A stretch of DNA of 64,000 nucleotides from an uncultured Actinomycetes bacterium (GTDB lineage: Bacteria; Actinomycetota; UBA4738; HRBIN12): the NCBI GenBank assembly GCA_963704725.1, contig OY969934.1:2752001-2816000 (forward strand), in the 5' to 3' direction. Under the pieces are notes generated by a model. It searched no databases and had not been told where the DNA came from. It saw nothing but the letters and a program-made list of their open reading frames with translations. The position numbers and the translations under genes were made by a program. Position 1 is the first letter of the stretch. Each line of letters starts with the position of its first letter. This document shows positions 30,304-42,312 of the stretch, in pieces.

Positions 30304-30975
30304 GTGACGGACGTCGACACGCGGAGCGAGGCCACCCCGCCGGACGTCGAGGACGCCACCCGGGCCCGCCGCCGGCGGCTCGGCCGTATCCTCCGCGCGG
30401 CCGGGCTCCTGGCGATCGCCGCCGCGCTCGCGCTCGGCGGCTACGTCTGGTGGCAGCAATGGGGCACCGGGTTCGCCGCGCGAGCCGCCCAGAACGAGCT
30501 TCGTCCCGATTTCGAGCGCCGCGTGGCGACGGTCGCGCCGGCCGAGGCCCCGCCGCCCCGCGTCGCCAACGTCCCCGGCAGGGCGGTGGCGATCATCAAG
30601 ATCCCCGCGATCGACGTGGACCTGGTCGTGGTGGAGGGAACCGACACCGAGTCCCTCAAGAAGGGACCCGGGCACTACCTCGGGACGGCGTATCCGTGGC
30701 AGGACCGAGGACGGGTGGGGATCGCCGGCCACCGCACCACGTACGGCGCGCCGTTCTGGTCGCTGGACGAGCTCCGGCCCGGCGATCGCATCGTCCTCGC
30801 CACCGAGTACGGGATCTTCGACTACCGGGTCACCGGCTCCAGGATCATCGATCCCTCCGACGGCTCGGTCCTGGAGCCGACCGCCCGGCCGACACTCGTC
30901 CTCACCACGTGCAACCCCCGGTTCTCGGCGGCCGAGCGGCTGGTGGTGTTCGCCGACCGGGTCGGCCGCGTCTGA
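30304..30975 (+). CDS. Sortase, class E-like
   Basis: N-terminal TM, GPGHY, IAGHRTTYGAPF, LTTC, conserved R. Confidence 0.9.
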   Translation: MTDVDTRSEATPPDVEDATRARRRRLGRILRAAGLLAIAAALALGGYVWWQQWGTGFAARAAQNELRPDFERRVATVAPAEAPPPRVANVPGRAVAIIKIPAIDVDLVVVEGTDTESLKKGPGHYLGTAYPWQDRGRVGIAGHRTTYGAPFWSLDELRPGDRIVLATEYGIFDYRVTGSRIIDPSDGSVLEPTARPTLVLTTCNPRFSAAERLVVFADRVGRV

Positions 30976-31014
30976 GCCCGCCCCGGGGCCCATACCGGGA
31001 CGGGCCGAAGGTCC

Positions 31015-31045
31015 TTGACCCTCCCCTCGGGGGAGAGGGCAGGCT
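31015..31045 (+). promoter_or_regulatory. MerR-type promoter with 19-bp spacer and dyad operator
   Basis: TTGACC-N19-CAGGCT with CTCCCC/GGGGAG dyad in the spacer, upstream of an operon containing a MerR gene. Confidence 0.72.
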
Positions 31046-31066
31046 GGCCCCGGGAGGCGAGCGGGC

Positions 31067-31627
31067 ATGACGGTGAAGAGCGCGCCGAAGACCGATCCGC
31101 ACCTCGTCGAGGTGTCCGAGCGGACGTTCCTGATGATCGACGGGCGTGGAGACCCCAACGGGTCGGAGGAGTTCCAGGATGCCGTCCAGGCCCTCTACAC
31201 GATCTCGTACGGGGTGAAGTTCCGCCTGAAGCGCTCGCACGGGGTGGACCGGAAGGTCGGGACGCTCGAGGGGCTGTGGTGGGCCGAGGACGAGCGATCC
31301 TGGCAACAGGACCGCTCCGCGTGGCGGTGGACGCTCATGATCGAGCAGCCCGACGAGGTGACCCCCGAGGTGGTCCAGGCCGTCGCACGGGAGAAGGGGC
31401 TCGAGACCCCGATGCGCCTCGAGCGCCTCGCCGAGGGGCTCGCCGCCGAGATCCTGCACGTGGGCCCGTTCGCCGAGGAGCCTCCCACGATCGAGAGGCT
31501 CCACGGATTCATCGCCGACCGGGGGCTACGCCGGACCGGGCGCCACCACGAGATCTACCTGAGCGATCTCCGCAGAACCGCGCCGGAGCGGCTTCGCACG
31601 ATCATCCGTCAGCCCGTCGAGCAGTGA
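31067..31627 (+). CDS. GyrI-like small-molecule-binding domain protein
   Basis: DGRGDPN, LEGLWW, WRWTLMI, HVGPFAEE, HHEIYLSD. Confidence 0.87.
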   Translation: MTVKSAPKTDPHLVEVSERTFLMIDGRGDPNGSEEFQDAVQALYTISYGVKFRLKRSHGVDRKVGTLEGLWWAEDERSWQQDRSAWRWTLMIEQPDEVTPEVVQAVAREKGLETPMRLERLAEGLAAEILHVGPFAEEPPTIERLHGFIADRGLRRTGRHHEIYLSDLRRTAPERLRTIIRQPVEQ

Positions 31628-31636
31628 GGATGGAGC

Positions 31637-32443
31637 ATGGAGAACCTCGTCCCGATCGGGCGCTTCTCCAGGATGACCAGGCTCTCGATCAAGGCCCTTC
31701 GCCACTACGACGAGATCGGGCTACTCGTCCCGGCGGTGGTCGATCCCCTCTCCAGCTATCGGTACTACCGGCTGTCCCAGGCCAACCGCGCCGAGGCGAT
31801 CCGCGTTCTCCGCGGCCTGGACATGCCTCTCGAGGAGATCCGCGAGGTCCTCGCAGCCGACGATCCCGAGGTTGCGATCAAGCTCCTCGAGCTTCACCGG
31901 GGTCGACTGGAGGGTGAGGTCGAGCGGCAGAGCCGCGCCCTCGCCTACCTCGGTCGCCTGATCGAAAGGAAGGAGGGTGTCATGCCGTACGAGGTGCGGG
32001 TGAAGGAGGTCCCCGAGATGCTCGTCGCGTCGACGACGCGGCAGGCCTCACTGGCAACGATCGGCAAGGAGGTTCAGGAGGGGTTCATGACCCTCATGCA
32101 GGCGATCGGGCCCGTGGGCTTCGGCCCGGGGATGCCCGGCGTCGTCTATCACGACGTCGTCGACGAGTGGACCGACGGGACGATCGAGGTGTTCGTGCCG
32201 GCCGCGAGGTCCTTCGATCCCCCGGAGGGCGTCGGGGTGAAGACGATGCCCGCCAGCACGGTGGCGTTCACGATCCATCGCGGACCGTACGAGGAGTGCG
32301 CGGCCGCCTACCAGGTCCTCACCGCGTGGATCCAAGAGCACGGGCACGAGCACGCCGGCCCGCCGAGGGAGCTGTACCTCAACGACCCGCACGAGGTCGG
32401 TGAGGAGGAGGCTCTCACCGAGATCCAGTTCCCGATCCGCTAG
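31637..32443 (+). CDS. MerR-family transcriptional regulator with GyrI-like effector domain
   Basis: IGRFSRMTRLSIKALRHYDEIGLL...YRYY; HRGPYE, RELYLNDP. Confidence 0.92.
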   Translation: MENLVPIGRFSRMTRLSIKALRHYDEIGLLVPAVVDPLSSYRYYRLSQANRAEAIRVLRGLDMPLEEIREVLAADDPEVAIKLLELHRGRLEGEVERQSRALAYLGRLIERKEGVMPYEVRVKEVPEMLVASTTRQASLATIGKEVQEGFMTLMQAIGPVGFGPGMPGVVYHDVVDEWTDGTIEVFVPAARSFDPPEGVGVKTMPASTVAFTIHRGPYEECAAAYQVLTAWIQEHGHEHAGPPRELYLNDPHEVGEEEALTEIQFPIR

Positions 32444-32538
32444 CCCCCGCGGTGGCTCGGCTCAACACGGGAAGTCGTCCGCGCACGACCCGGAGCCGCA
32501 GGCCGTGGGCCGTGATGTGAACTCGTAGACCCCGGTCC

Positions 32539-33486
32539 CTACGCCACGCGGAGCGGGTAGCCGTAGCGCGGCAGGAGCGGGAGCGTGATGAGGTCGCACA
32601 CGAGGCGGTCGGTCCGGCGTTGCGAGCGGATCCACTCGTCGTCGCTCGACAGCTCGACAGGGCCATGGCGGAACCGGGAGGGGTTGCCGGCGAAGCTGTG
32701 ATTGGGTGGCAGCTCCACGGTGCGGTCGTCGACGAACGGCGGTCCCGGCCGATCGCGTCCGATCGCGTCCGCGACCACACCGACCGTGTGGCGGGGGGAC
32801 GCCACGAAGTCTTCGTATCGAAGGCGCACGGCCGGGCCTCGCCCCCGTCGACGGAGCCGGTCGGCCCCGAGGTTGCAGACGACCCAGTTGACGCTGCTGG
32901 ACGTCGGGCTGTGCCGCGGCATCGTTCGGCCTTCGCCGGGCCCGGCGCTCCGCGTCCGCTGCCAGGAGAACGCCGTCGCGCGCGGGTCCCGGATCATGTG
33001 GACCAGGACCGGCGGGCCTTCCGACGCGAAGCCGGCGAGCGCGCCGTACCCGGCCTTCTTGGAGCTGTCGACGACGACCGGCGCGCCGCTCACGTGCGCG
33101 ATCGAGCGGTAGAGACACCGCAGGGCGGCGATGGATCGGCCGAACGGCTCCTCGGGCAGGTCCGAGGGCGACGAGGCACGCACCACCCGGCGCGTTCGCC
33201 GGATCCGGATCGCCTCCGTCTGCCACGCCCGCACCTCACGCAGATCCCGCGAGGGGAGCTCGGCGTCGGCCATGAGCTCGTCGTGGACCTCGGCCCAGAA
33301 CGGGCACTCGGCCAGGGACCGGCCGCACCCGCAGGCGTGCTCGGCACGGCCCATCCGGCTCCAGAAGTGGCGGAGCTCGCCGGCGTCGAACACGCCCGGC
33401 AGCGCGCCGAGGATGTTGCCGAGGATCGTGCTGCCGCTGCGGCCCCACGCGGCGATGTAGACGAGCTTCGGCGCGCCTACTCCCAC
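32539..33486 (-). CDS. Sulfotransferase
   Basis: GRSGSTIL (PAPS 5'-PSB loop), CGCG..CPFW, VDSSK, RDPRA, RYED; start overlaps guaA end. Confidence 0.85.
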   Translation of the reverse strand: MGVGAPKLVYIAAWGRSGSTILGNILGALPGVFDAGELRHFWSRMGRAEHACGCGRSLAECPFWAEVHDELMADAELPSRDLREVRAWQTEAIRIRRTRRVVRASSPSDLPEEPFGRSIAALRCLYRSIAHVSGAPVVVDSSKKAGYGALAGFASEGPPVLVHMIRDPRATAFSWQRTRSAGPGEGRTMPRHSPTSSSVNWVVCNLGADRLRRRGRGPAVRLRYEDFVASPRHTVGVVADAIGRDRPGPPFVDDRTVELPPNHSFAGNPSRFRHGPVELSSDDEWIRSQRRTDRLVCDLITLPLLPRYGYPLRVA

Positions 33487-35015
33487 TCGATCGTGCCCGG
33501 CGGCTTGGAGGTCACGTCGTAGGCGACTCGGTTCACGCCGGGGACCTCCCGCACGACACGCCCGGCGATGCGATCGAGGATGTCGTACGGCAGGCGGGCC
33601 CAGTCCGCCGTCATGGCGTCCTCGCTCGTCACCGCTCGCAGGACCACCGGGTGCTCGTACGTCCGGCCGTCGCCCATGACCCCGACGCTCCGGACCTCGG
33701 CCAGCAGGACGCAGAATGCCTGCCACGTCTCGCGGTCGAGTCCGGCACGCCGGATCTCCTCGCGGACGACGTGATCCGCCGCCCTGACGATGTCGAGGTT
33801 GTCCGCGGTGACCTCGCCGACGATGCGCACGGCGAGGCCGGGCCCCGGGAACGGCTGGCGCTGCACGATCTCCTCGGGCAGCCCGAGCTCCGCGCCCACG
33901 GAGCGGACCTCGTCCTTGAACAGGTCCCGCAGCGGCTCCACGAGCTCGAGATCCATGTGTTCGGGCAGCCCGCCGACGTTGTGGTGGCTCTTGATCCGGG
34001 CGGCGGTTCGCGAGCCGCTCTCGATCACGTCGGGGTAGAGCGTGCCCTGGACCAGGAACCGGGCCCCTCGATACTCGCGGGCAACCTCCTCGAACACGCG
34101 GATGAACTCCTCGCCGATCCGGCGGCGCTTGTCCTCGGGACCCGTGACGCCGGCCAGCCGTGCCAGGAAGCGGTCAGCCGCCTTCACGTGGACGAGCGGC
34201 ACCTGGAAGTGGCGGCCGAACGTCTCCTCGACCTGCTCCGGCTCGCCTTCGCGAAGGAGCCCGGTGTCGACGAAGACGCACGTCAGCTGGTCGCCGACCG
34301 CCTTGTGGACGAGCAGCGCCGCGACGGCGGAGTCGACGCCACCCGAGAGCGCGCACAGGACCTCGCCCTCGCCAACGCGTTCGCGGACCGCACTCACGCT
34401 GCGCTCGATCACGTTCGCCGGCGTCCATTCGGGCATCAGGCCGCAGCCGTCGTAGAGGAACCGCTTCATCACCGCGACGCCCTTGGGCGTGTGCGCGACC
34501 TCGGGGTGGAACTGGACCGAGAACAAACCGCGCTCCGGGTCCTCCATCGAGGCGACCTCGATCGCGTCCGTGTGCGCGGTCACGCGGAACCCCGCCGGTG
34601 CGCGGGTCACGCCATCGCCGTGGCTCATCCAGACCGGCTCCTGGATGTCGAGCTCTTTCAGCAGGACGCCCGGGTCGTCCACGTGCAGGACGGTGCCGCC
34701 GTACTCGCGCCGCCCCGTCGCCGCCACCTCGCCGCCGAGGGCCTGGGCCATGAGCTGATGGCCGTAACAGATCCCGAGCACGGGAACCCCGAGCTCGAAG
34801 ACGCCGGGGTCGACGGAGGGAGCCCCCACCTCGTAGACCGAGGCCGGCCCGCCCGACAGGACGATGCCGGCGGGACGCAGCGCGGCGAGCTCCGCCGCGC
34901 TCAGGTCGAACGGGACGATCTCCGAGTACACGTGGCACTCGCGGATGCGCCGCGCGATGAGCTGTGCGTATTGGGCGCCGAGATCGACGACCAGGACCGG
35001 GCGCGGCGCGGGCAT
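33477..35015 (-). CDS. guaA: GMP synthase (glutamine-hydrolysing)
   Basis: [38 protein letters not shown]. Confidence 0.98.
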   Translation of the reverse strand: MPAPRPVLVVDLGAQYAQLIARRIRECHVYSEIVPFDLSAAELAALRPAGIVLSGGPASVYEVGAPSVDPGVFELGVPVLGICYGHQLMAQALGGEVAATGRREYGGTVLHVDDPGVLLKELDIQEPVWMSHGDGVTRAPAGFRVTAHTDAIEVASMEDPERGLFSVQFHPEVAHTPKGVAVMKRFLYDGCGLMPEWTPANVIERSVSAVRERVGEGEVLCALSGGVDSAVAALLVHKAVGDQLTCVFVDTGLLREGEPEQVEETFGRHFQVPLVHVKAADRFLARLAGVTGPEDKRRRIGEEFIRVFEEVAREYRGARFLVQGTLYPDVIESGSRTAARIKSHHNVGGLPEHMDLELVEPLRDLFKDEVRSVGAELGLPEEIVQRQPFPGPGLAVRIVGEVTADNLDIVRAADHVVREEIRRAGLDRETWQAFCVLLAEVRSVGVMGDGRTYEHPVVLRAVTSEDAMTADWARLPYDILDRIAGRVVREVPGVNRVAYDVTSKPPGTIEWE

Positions 35016-35057
35016 GGCGAGAACGGTAGCAGCCGAACGCGACGGCCCGGGATCGGG

Positions 35058-35705
35058 TTATCGGCCCTCGGCCACGTGGCCGGTCTCGGTGACCCGCAGG
35101 TCCGTCAGCCCCGAGTGCAGGCGCTCGCCCTCGACCATGATCGTCGCGTCCTGGAGGTAGCCGAGCTCCGCGAGCCGCTCGAGCACCCGCCGGAGCGAGT
35201 CGATCGGCTCCTCCACCATCGTGTCCAGGACAAGCTCGGGATCCACGGGCGGCTCGTACGGATCGTCGACGCCGGTGAAGCCGGTGATCTCCCCGGCGAT
35301 CGCCTTCTTGTACAGGCCCTTGGGGTCGCGGTTCTGCGCCAGCTCGTCGAGCGTCGCGTAGACGTACACCTCCACGAACGCGCCGATCATCGCGCGCACC
35401 TCGTCGCGCGTCGCCTTGTACGGGCTGATGGGGCAGCAGATCGCGGCCACGCCGTTGCGGGTCAGCAGGTTGGCCACGTAGCCGATCCGCAGGATGTTGG
35501 TGTCGCGGTCCTCCTTGCTGAACCCGAGACCCTTGCTGAGGTTCTTGCGCACCTCGTCACCGTCGAGGATCTCGGTCTTCAACCCTCGCGCCTGGAACTC
35601 GTGGTAGAGCATCTCGGCGATCGTGGACTTGCCAGACCCGGACAGGCCGGTGAACCAGACGGTGAATCCCTTCTTCTCACCCGAGCTCGGAAACGCTTGC
35701 GTCAC
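35058..35705 (-). CDS. cysC: Adenylyl-sulfate kinase
   Basis: [43 protein letters not shown]. Confidence 0.95.
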   Translation of the reverse strand: MTQAFPSSGEKKGFTVWFTGLSGSGKSTIAEMLYHEFQARGLKTEILDGDEVRKNLSKGLGFSKEDRDTNILRIGYVANLLTRNGVAAICCPISPYKATRDEVRAMIGAFVEVYVYATLDELAQNRDPKGLYKKAIAGEITGFTGVDDPYEPPVDPELVLDTMVEEPIDSLRRVLERLAELGYLQDATIMVEGERLHSGLTDLRVTETGHVAEGR

Positions 35706-37099
35706 AGGAAGCTCCTCCCTACGGCGCCCTCCGGCGCCTCCACCCCGAACAGCTGCATGATGGTGGGCCCCACGTCGACCAGGTGCATCCCGTGGGTCTC
35801 GCCGAGCCGTTGGCCCGGCACTCCCGACATGGCGAAGACCCCGGTGCGATCGTGGTTGGCGCCGTCGGGCCCGGTGTCGTTCTCGTACGTGTAGATGCTG
35901 CGGTTGCCGACCGAGCCGACGGAGCGCCAGGCGAGGTCGCCGAAGTAGACGATGAGGTCGGGCGCGACGCCCCGAACCTCGGGATAGACGTCCTGGGGCT
36001 TCAGAACCTTCGTGCCGAGCGGCTCGCCGTCGGGACCCGGGGCCGCCTCGAGCCGCTCGATGAGCTCGTCGCGCGTCTGCTCGTAGCGAACCGGCTCCAC
36101 GATGCCCTGCGGCTCGCGACCCTTGACGTTCAGGAAGAGCCGGCCGTAGTAGCCACCGTCGCCCCACGCCACCGTCTGGCTCCAGTCGATCGCCGCGTCC
36201 TTGATGGGGATGACCTTCGAGGGCTGCGCCTCGAGCGTGAGGTAGCCCTCACGGATCAGCCAGTCGTTGAAGCAGAGCCCGCCCATCATCGGACGGGCAC
36301 CATGATCGCTCATGACGATCGTGATCGCGCCGTCGGGCAGGACGTCCAGGAGCGCTCCCACCTCGTGGTCCAGGAATCGGTAGTAGTCCTGGAATGCGGA
36401 CTCGAAGCGGTTCCCCGGCTCGTACAGCGGATGCCGCGGATCCCAGTGCTGCCAGAACACGTGGTGGAGTCGGTCCGGGGCGATCTCGCACAGCATGAAG
36501 AAGTCCCACGGCTTGCTCGTGGCGAGCCGGCGGCCGACCTGGAACCGGCGCTCCGTCATCTTGAAGACCTGGTCGAGCGCCACGTCGTACCCGGCGCGCC
36601 GGAAGTCCGGGATGTCGAAGATGTAGTCGTTGCCCTCCCCGAGCTCCTCGCAGATCTCCGTCTCCAGCTCGGCCGGGTACGCCCACGACTTGGCCGACGG
36701 CGGCGTGAGGAAGCACCCCACGCGCCACCCCGGGAACTGCTTCGGGGGCGGGAACGAGGGCGGGACGCCGATCAGCATCGAGCGCAGGCCCTTGGCGGCG
36801 ATCGCGTCCCATACGGCCGGTTCGGTGATGGCGCCCGAGGTGGCGATGGACAGGCCGTCGTACGTGGAGTCCTTACGGTTGCGGAACCCGTAGATCCCGA
36901 GCTGTCCGGGCGTCTTGCCGGTCATGGCGCAGGCCCAGGCGGGGACGGTGATGGGAGGGGTGATGCTCTCCAGATCGCCCCACATCCCCCGCTCCATCAG
37001 CGCGTGGATGTTGGGCGTCTCGGAGGCGAAGTCGCGGAACAGGAGCTGGGGGGTGGCGCAATCCAGCCCGATGACCGCGACCCGGGGCGTGTCGGTCAT
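35702..37099 (-). CDS. Alkaline phosphatase superfamily protein (nucleotide pyrophosphatase/phosphodiesterase type)
   Basis: [33 protein letters not shown]; GTGA overlap with cysC. Confidence 0.88.
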   Translation of the reverse strand: MTDTPRVAVIGLDCATPQLLFRDFASETPNIHALMERGMWGDLESITPPITVPAWACAMTGKTPGQLGIYGFRNRKDSTYDGLSIATSGAITEPAVWDAIAAKGLRSMLIGVPPSFPPPKQFPGWRVGCFLTPPSAKSWAYPAELETEICEELGEGNDYIFDIPDFRRAGYDVALDQVFKMTERRFQVGRRLATSKPWDFFMLCEIAPDRLHHVFWQHWDPRHPLYEPGNRFESAFQDYYRFLDHEVGALLDVLPDGAITIVMSDHGARPMMGGLCFNDWLIREGYLTLEAQPSKVIPIKDAAIDWSQTVAWGDGGYYGRLFLNVKGREPQGIVEPVRYEQTRDELIERLEAAPGPDGEPLGTKVLKPQDVYPEVRGVAPDLIVYFGDLAWRSVGSVGNRSIYTYENDTGPDGANHDRTGVFAMSGVPGQRLGETHGMHLVDVGPTIMQLFGVEAPEGAVGRSFL

Positions 37100-37215
37100 G
37101 CGCAGTCCTTCTTCGAACGGATCGGTCCAGGGGAACGAGGAGCCCCGACGGGGTCCCCGAAACGCCATGCTACCAACGGCTCGATGGCGCTCACGACCTG
37201 GGAGAATGCGCGGCC

Positions 37216-37611
37216 GTGAGGATGCTCCGAGGCGCGCTCCGCCTCCAGGCCGTCGTGTGGGCGCTCGCCGGCGTCGCCCTGCTGGCCGCCCCCGGGTGGC
37301 TCGTCGAGTCGGTGATGGACCAGCCCCCGCCCGGCGAGGCCGCCTGGCTGCGACTGTCCGGGGTGGCGGCCGTGGCGCTCGCCGGGCAGATGGTGCTCGT
37401 CGGCCACCGGGTGGAGGAGCTGTGGTGGTGGTCGTGGACGTTCGTGCTCCTGGAGGTGGGGGCCGTGGCGGTCCTGGCCGCTGGGGCGGTGGCGCCGCCC
37501 CGTGGAGCCCCGGCCTGGCCCTGGTGGGCCGCCGCGGTGGTCAACGGCGCGCTCGGCGTCGCCGAGATCGTGGCGCTTGCCAGGGCCGGCACCGAGCGCT
37601 CGCCGGTCTGA
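37216..37611 (+). CDS. Hypothetical membrane protein
   Basis: Four hydrophobic segments; GAGAAT upstream. Confidence 0.6.
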   Translation: MRMLRGALRLQAVVWALAGVALLAAPGWLVESVMDQPPPGEAAWLRLSGVAAVALAGQMVLVGHRVEELWWWSWTFVLLEVGAVAVLAAGAVAPPRGAPAWPWWAAAVVNGALGVAEIVALARAGTERSPV

Positions 37612-37631
37612 GCACAGCCAAAGGGGCCCCT

Positions 37632-37662
37632 GAGCTGCCTCGAACAGCGTTCGAGGCAGCTC
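37632..37662 (+). terminator. Stem-loop downstream of membrane protein gene
   Basis: GAGCTGCCTCGAAC-AGC-GTTCGAGGCAGCTC, 14-bp perfect stem. Confidence 0.65.
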
Positions 37663-37765
37663 CGACTCACCTGCGCAGTGGTGAGGGGAAACCGTCCATT
37701 CGGCCCATTGCAGGCTGTCGGCCGGGCGGCCTACACTAGGTCGTCCTTTCGACGTAGGAGTGTGC

Positions 37766-38017
37766 ATGAGAAGGATCGCGCTCGTGGTGGGGTCCGCGTT
37801 CGGACTGCTCATGGCGATGGCTCTGCCCGCCCTGGCCGGCTCCGAGCTCCCGCCCCCAAACGGCCCGGACGTCTTCGGCGACGTCGTCACTCCCCCGGGC
37901 GGCACGGCCTTCACCGGGTCGGACGTCTTCCCGTGGCTGCTCGCCATCGGCGTCCTGCTCCTAGTCGGCACGGCCCTGCTGATCGCAAGCCGGCGGCACC
38001 TGGCCACCAGCCGGTAG
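37766..38017 (+). CDS. Very small secreted protein with sortase-type sorting signal (TAFTG + TM + RR)
   Basis: Signal peptide ending ALA, ~25-aa Pro/Gly-rich mature part, TAFTG, hydrophobic helix, basic tail; TAGGAG SD. Confidence 0.8.
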   Translation: MRRIALVVGSAFGLLMAMALPALAGSELPPPNGPDVFGDVVTPPGGTAFTGSDVFPWLLAIGVLLLVGTALLIASRRHLATSR

Positions 38018-38056
38018 CCGCTCACCGCACCATCGATCGCCGAGCCGCACCGCCGA

Positions 38057-39994
38057 TCAACCCGGCGTCAGCAGCCGCCACAGTCGCGTGAGCGCTGGCG
38101 GCCGGAACGGCACGACGATATCCAGCCGTCCCTCGAGGGCTCCCTGCCACGTCGCCGTGTCCTGGCTCGAGCGGACCCCGGGCGAGGCGTCGGTGACGTC
38201 CATCCCCTCCGGGAGATGGACGATCACGCTCGTCAGGTCGGGGCGGATCGTCGGCTGGTCGAGCAGGGTCAGGCGGTAGACGCCCCCCAGCGACCCACCC
38301 TCCCAGGCCCGCGGCACGTACCACGTGAGCGCCAGCTCGCTCGTGCCGCCGCTCGGCGTGCGGAAGTCGTCCTGGAAGAACGGATAGCCGAGCTCCGTGC
38401 CCGTCCCCACCCCAATCTCGGCCCCGTCGCGCTCGGCCCGGATCAATCGGCAGCCGGAGGCGCAGTAGACGTTGACGATCTGGGCGCTCTCCCCCGCCGC
38501 GGAGAAGCTCTTGTAGGGCCCGATCACATACTTCGGCTCACCGGTAGTCGGCGCGTGATTGGTGAGCGTGACGGTCGCCGTGGCCCGTGCCGAGCCGTCG
38601 GTCCGCAACCACACCTCGTACGTGACGGAACGATCCTCGTAGAAGTCGACCTTGTTGCCGCCCGAGCTGTTCTCGACGACCGAGAGCAGGTCGCCCTGGT
38701 CCGCTCGCAGGGCGCCGCCCGCGCCGGTGCGCTCGAGCGCGGCCTGGATCGTGGGATCGGCGCTGTAGACGAGCACGTGTCCCGCGCCGGCGACGCGCGC
38801 GAGCGTCCGCACGTCCCCGGCGTCCAGCTCCCCTCCCTGCAGGAACCGGCCGACGACGGTCTGGGCGACCGCGCCGAGGAGCCGCTTGCGAGCCTCCGGG
38901 TTCGTGAGCAGGGAGTACGCCTCGTTCGCGGTGAAGGCCACGACCCGGTCGGCCGTCAGCGTCACGTCCAGCCCCGGCACGGCGGCCGGGCCGGTCAGCC
39001 GCATCAACGCCTCGAGCGCGAACGGATCCGACAGGATGACGCCGTCGAGCCGGTCACCGGTCGCGACGGCGTACGCGTCCACGATGGCCTGCGCGGCCGT
39101 GGGGAAGTCGGGCGTGACGTTGATCGCCAGCCAGAAGCGGCCGTCGCCGCGGAACTGGTCGTAGTTGCTCGCGTACTCGTCCGTCGGCCCCGGGACGTCC
39201 TCGACCGAGAGCAACGGAAGGCTCTGGATCGGCCGGAACGCCGAGAAGTCCAGGACCCCGTCGTCGATCGTCAGGATCGCGTAGGCACCCACCACCCCGC
39301 CGGTCCCCCGGAGCTCGGCGGGGTTCTGCGCGCCGAAGAAGTAGCGGCGGGTTCCGTCGGCGCCGAGGAACTCGGGGAGCCCGTCGAGCACGGCGGAGGC
39401 CGTGTCGAGGAGGTCGTCGAGCGAGCCGATCTCCTCGCGCGCATCCGCCATCGCCGACCCGACCGGTCCGAGCAGCAGCGTCTCCGGAGCCCCGTCCAGC
39501 TCGTCGGCGGCGAGCCCGACCTCCCGTGCCGCGGCCGCGACGGTCGGCGCGAGCTCCTGGATCGGCTCGACGGGGATCCGCCCGTGGCTCGGGGCGAGGG
39601 CCGAGATCCCTCCGGCCACATCGAGCGCCTCGGCCAGGGTGGATCCGGCGGTCGAGACGCGGACGCCGGCATCGGCGATGGCCCCGACGGCGTCCGGGGT
39701 CCTCCCGAGCAGCGGGACCCGGCCGGCGATCCCCAGCCACGGGCCGTTCGCGTCGTCCCGGGCATCCCGGAAGCTCGAAGCGGCACGCCTGAAGTCGGCG
39801 CCGGCGGCGGTCGCATCCCCCTTCGCGAGCATGTCGCGGCCGTGGGCGAGCGCGTCCCGTCCCTGCGTGAGCGACCGGCGCGCCGACAGCGCCGAGCGGA
39901 TCCCGCCCAGGCCGAGGACCACGAGGACGCCGAGCGCGAGCACGAGCCCGATGCGGACGCGCCGGGCGCGCAGGAGGGCTCCGACCCGACGCAT
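38057..39994 (-). CDS. DUF4012 domain-containing protein
   Basis: N-terminal TM and helical region, QNPAELRGTGG, NVTPDFPT, DGVILSDP, NKVDFY. Confidence 0.88.
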   Translation of the reverse strand: MRRVGALLRARRVRIGLVLALGVLVVLGLGGIRSALSARRSLTQGRDALAHGRDMLAKGDATAAGADFRRAASSFRDARDDANGPWLGIAGRVPLLGRTPDAVGAIADAGVRVSTAGSTLAEALDVAGGISALAPSHGRIPVEPIQELAPTVAAAAREVGLAADELDGAPETLLLGPVGSAMADAREEIGSLDDLLDTASAVLDGLPEFLGADGTRRYFFGAQNPAELRGTGGVVGAYAILTIDDGVLDFSAFRPIQSLPLLSVEDVPGPTDEYASNYDQFRGDGRFWLAINVTPDFPTAAQAIVDAYAVATGDRLDGVILSDPFALEALMRLTGPAAVPGLDVTLTADRVVAFTANEAYSLLTNPEARKRLLGAVAQTVVGRFLQGGELDAGDVRTLARVAGAGHVLVYSADPTIQAALERTGAGGALRADQGDLLSVVENSSGGNKVDFYEDRSVTYEVWLRTDGSARATATVTLTNHAPTTGEPKYVIGPYKSFSAAGESAQIVNVYCASGCRLIRAERDGAEIGVGTGTELGYPFFQDDFRTPSGGTSELALTWYVPRAWEGGSLGGVYRLTLLDQPTIRPDLTSVIVHLPEGMDVTDASPGVRSSQDTATWQGALEGRLDIVVPFRPPALTRLWRLLTPG

Positions 39995-40020
39995 CTCGAC
40001 AGCTTCCTCTCGTCCCGCCC

Positions 40021-40088
40021 CGTCGCGAGCGCCGGGGACGCGCGAGGGGACCGGTTCCCGGTCCCCTCGCGCTCGGCCCTCGCGACGA
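40021..40088 (-). terminator. Long hairpin downstream of groEL
   Basis: GCGCGAGGGGACCGG/CCGGTCCCCTCGCGC core stem extended by CGTCGCGAG/CTCGCGACG. Confidence 0.72.
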
Positions 40089-40097
40089 TCGGTTGCG

Positions 40098-42126
<2,029 letters not shown>

Positions 42127-42189
42127 CCGTTCCCTCCTTGTGCCTGTTGCGTCCACGGTCCCTCGCCGGGGGTCGCGCGCTCAGCGCGC

Positions 42190-42216
42190 TTAGCACTCCC
42201 GGCGGGTGAGTGCTAA
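42190..42216. promoter_or_regulatory. CIRCE operator (HrcA site)
   Basis: Exact TTAGCACTC-N9-GAGTGCTAA upstream of groES. Confidence 0.97.
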
Positions 42217-42217
42217 C

Positions 42218-42246
42218 AGGATAGCCACGCGAGTGCCAAGGGTCAA
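42218..42246 (-). promoter_or_regulatory. groESL sigma-A type promoter
   Basis: Minus strand TTGACC-N17-TATCCT; spacer contains a CIRCE half-site TTGGCACTC. Confidence 0.8.
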
Positions 42247-42248
42247 CG

Positions 42249-42282
42249 CCTGAGGCCGGAGCCCGAAGGCTCCGGCCTCAGG
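42249..42282 (-). terminator. Hairpin downstream of the RTX-repeat gene
   Basis: 15-bp perfect stem with cUUCGg tetraloop on the minus strand. Confidence 0.8.
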
Positions 42283-42312
42283 TGGATCCGGTCCGACCCG
42301 GCCCGAGGGCCG

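Noticed and set aside
32444-32538. Possible gene relic on the minus strand (GVYEF..ITAHGLR with a frameshift)
   Set aside because: Too short to distinguish from chance
42225-42246. Second full CIRCE element
   Set aside because: Only one half-site (TTGGCACTC) is present; the partner half does not match
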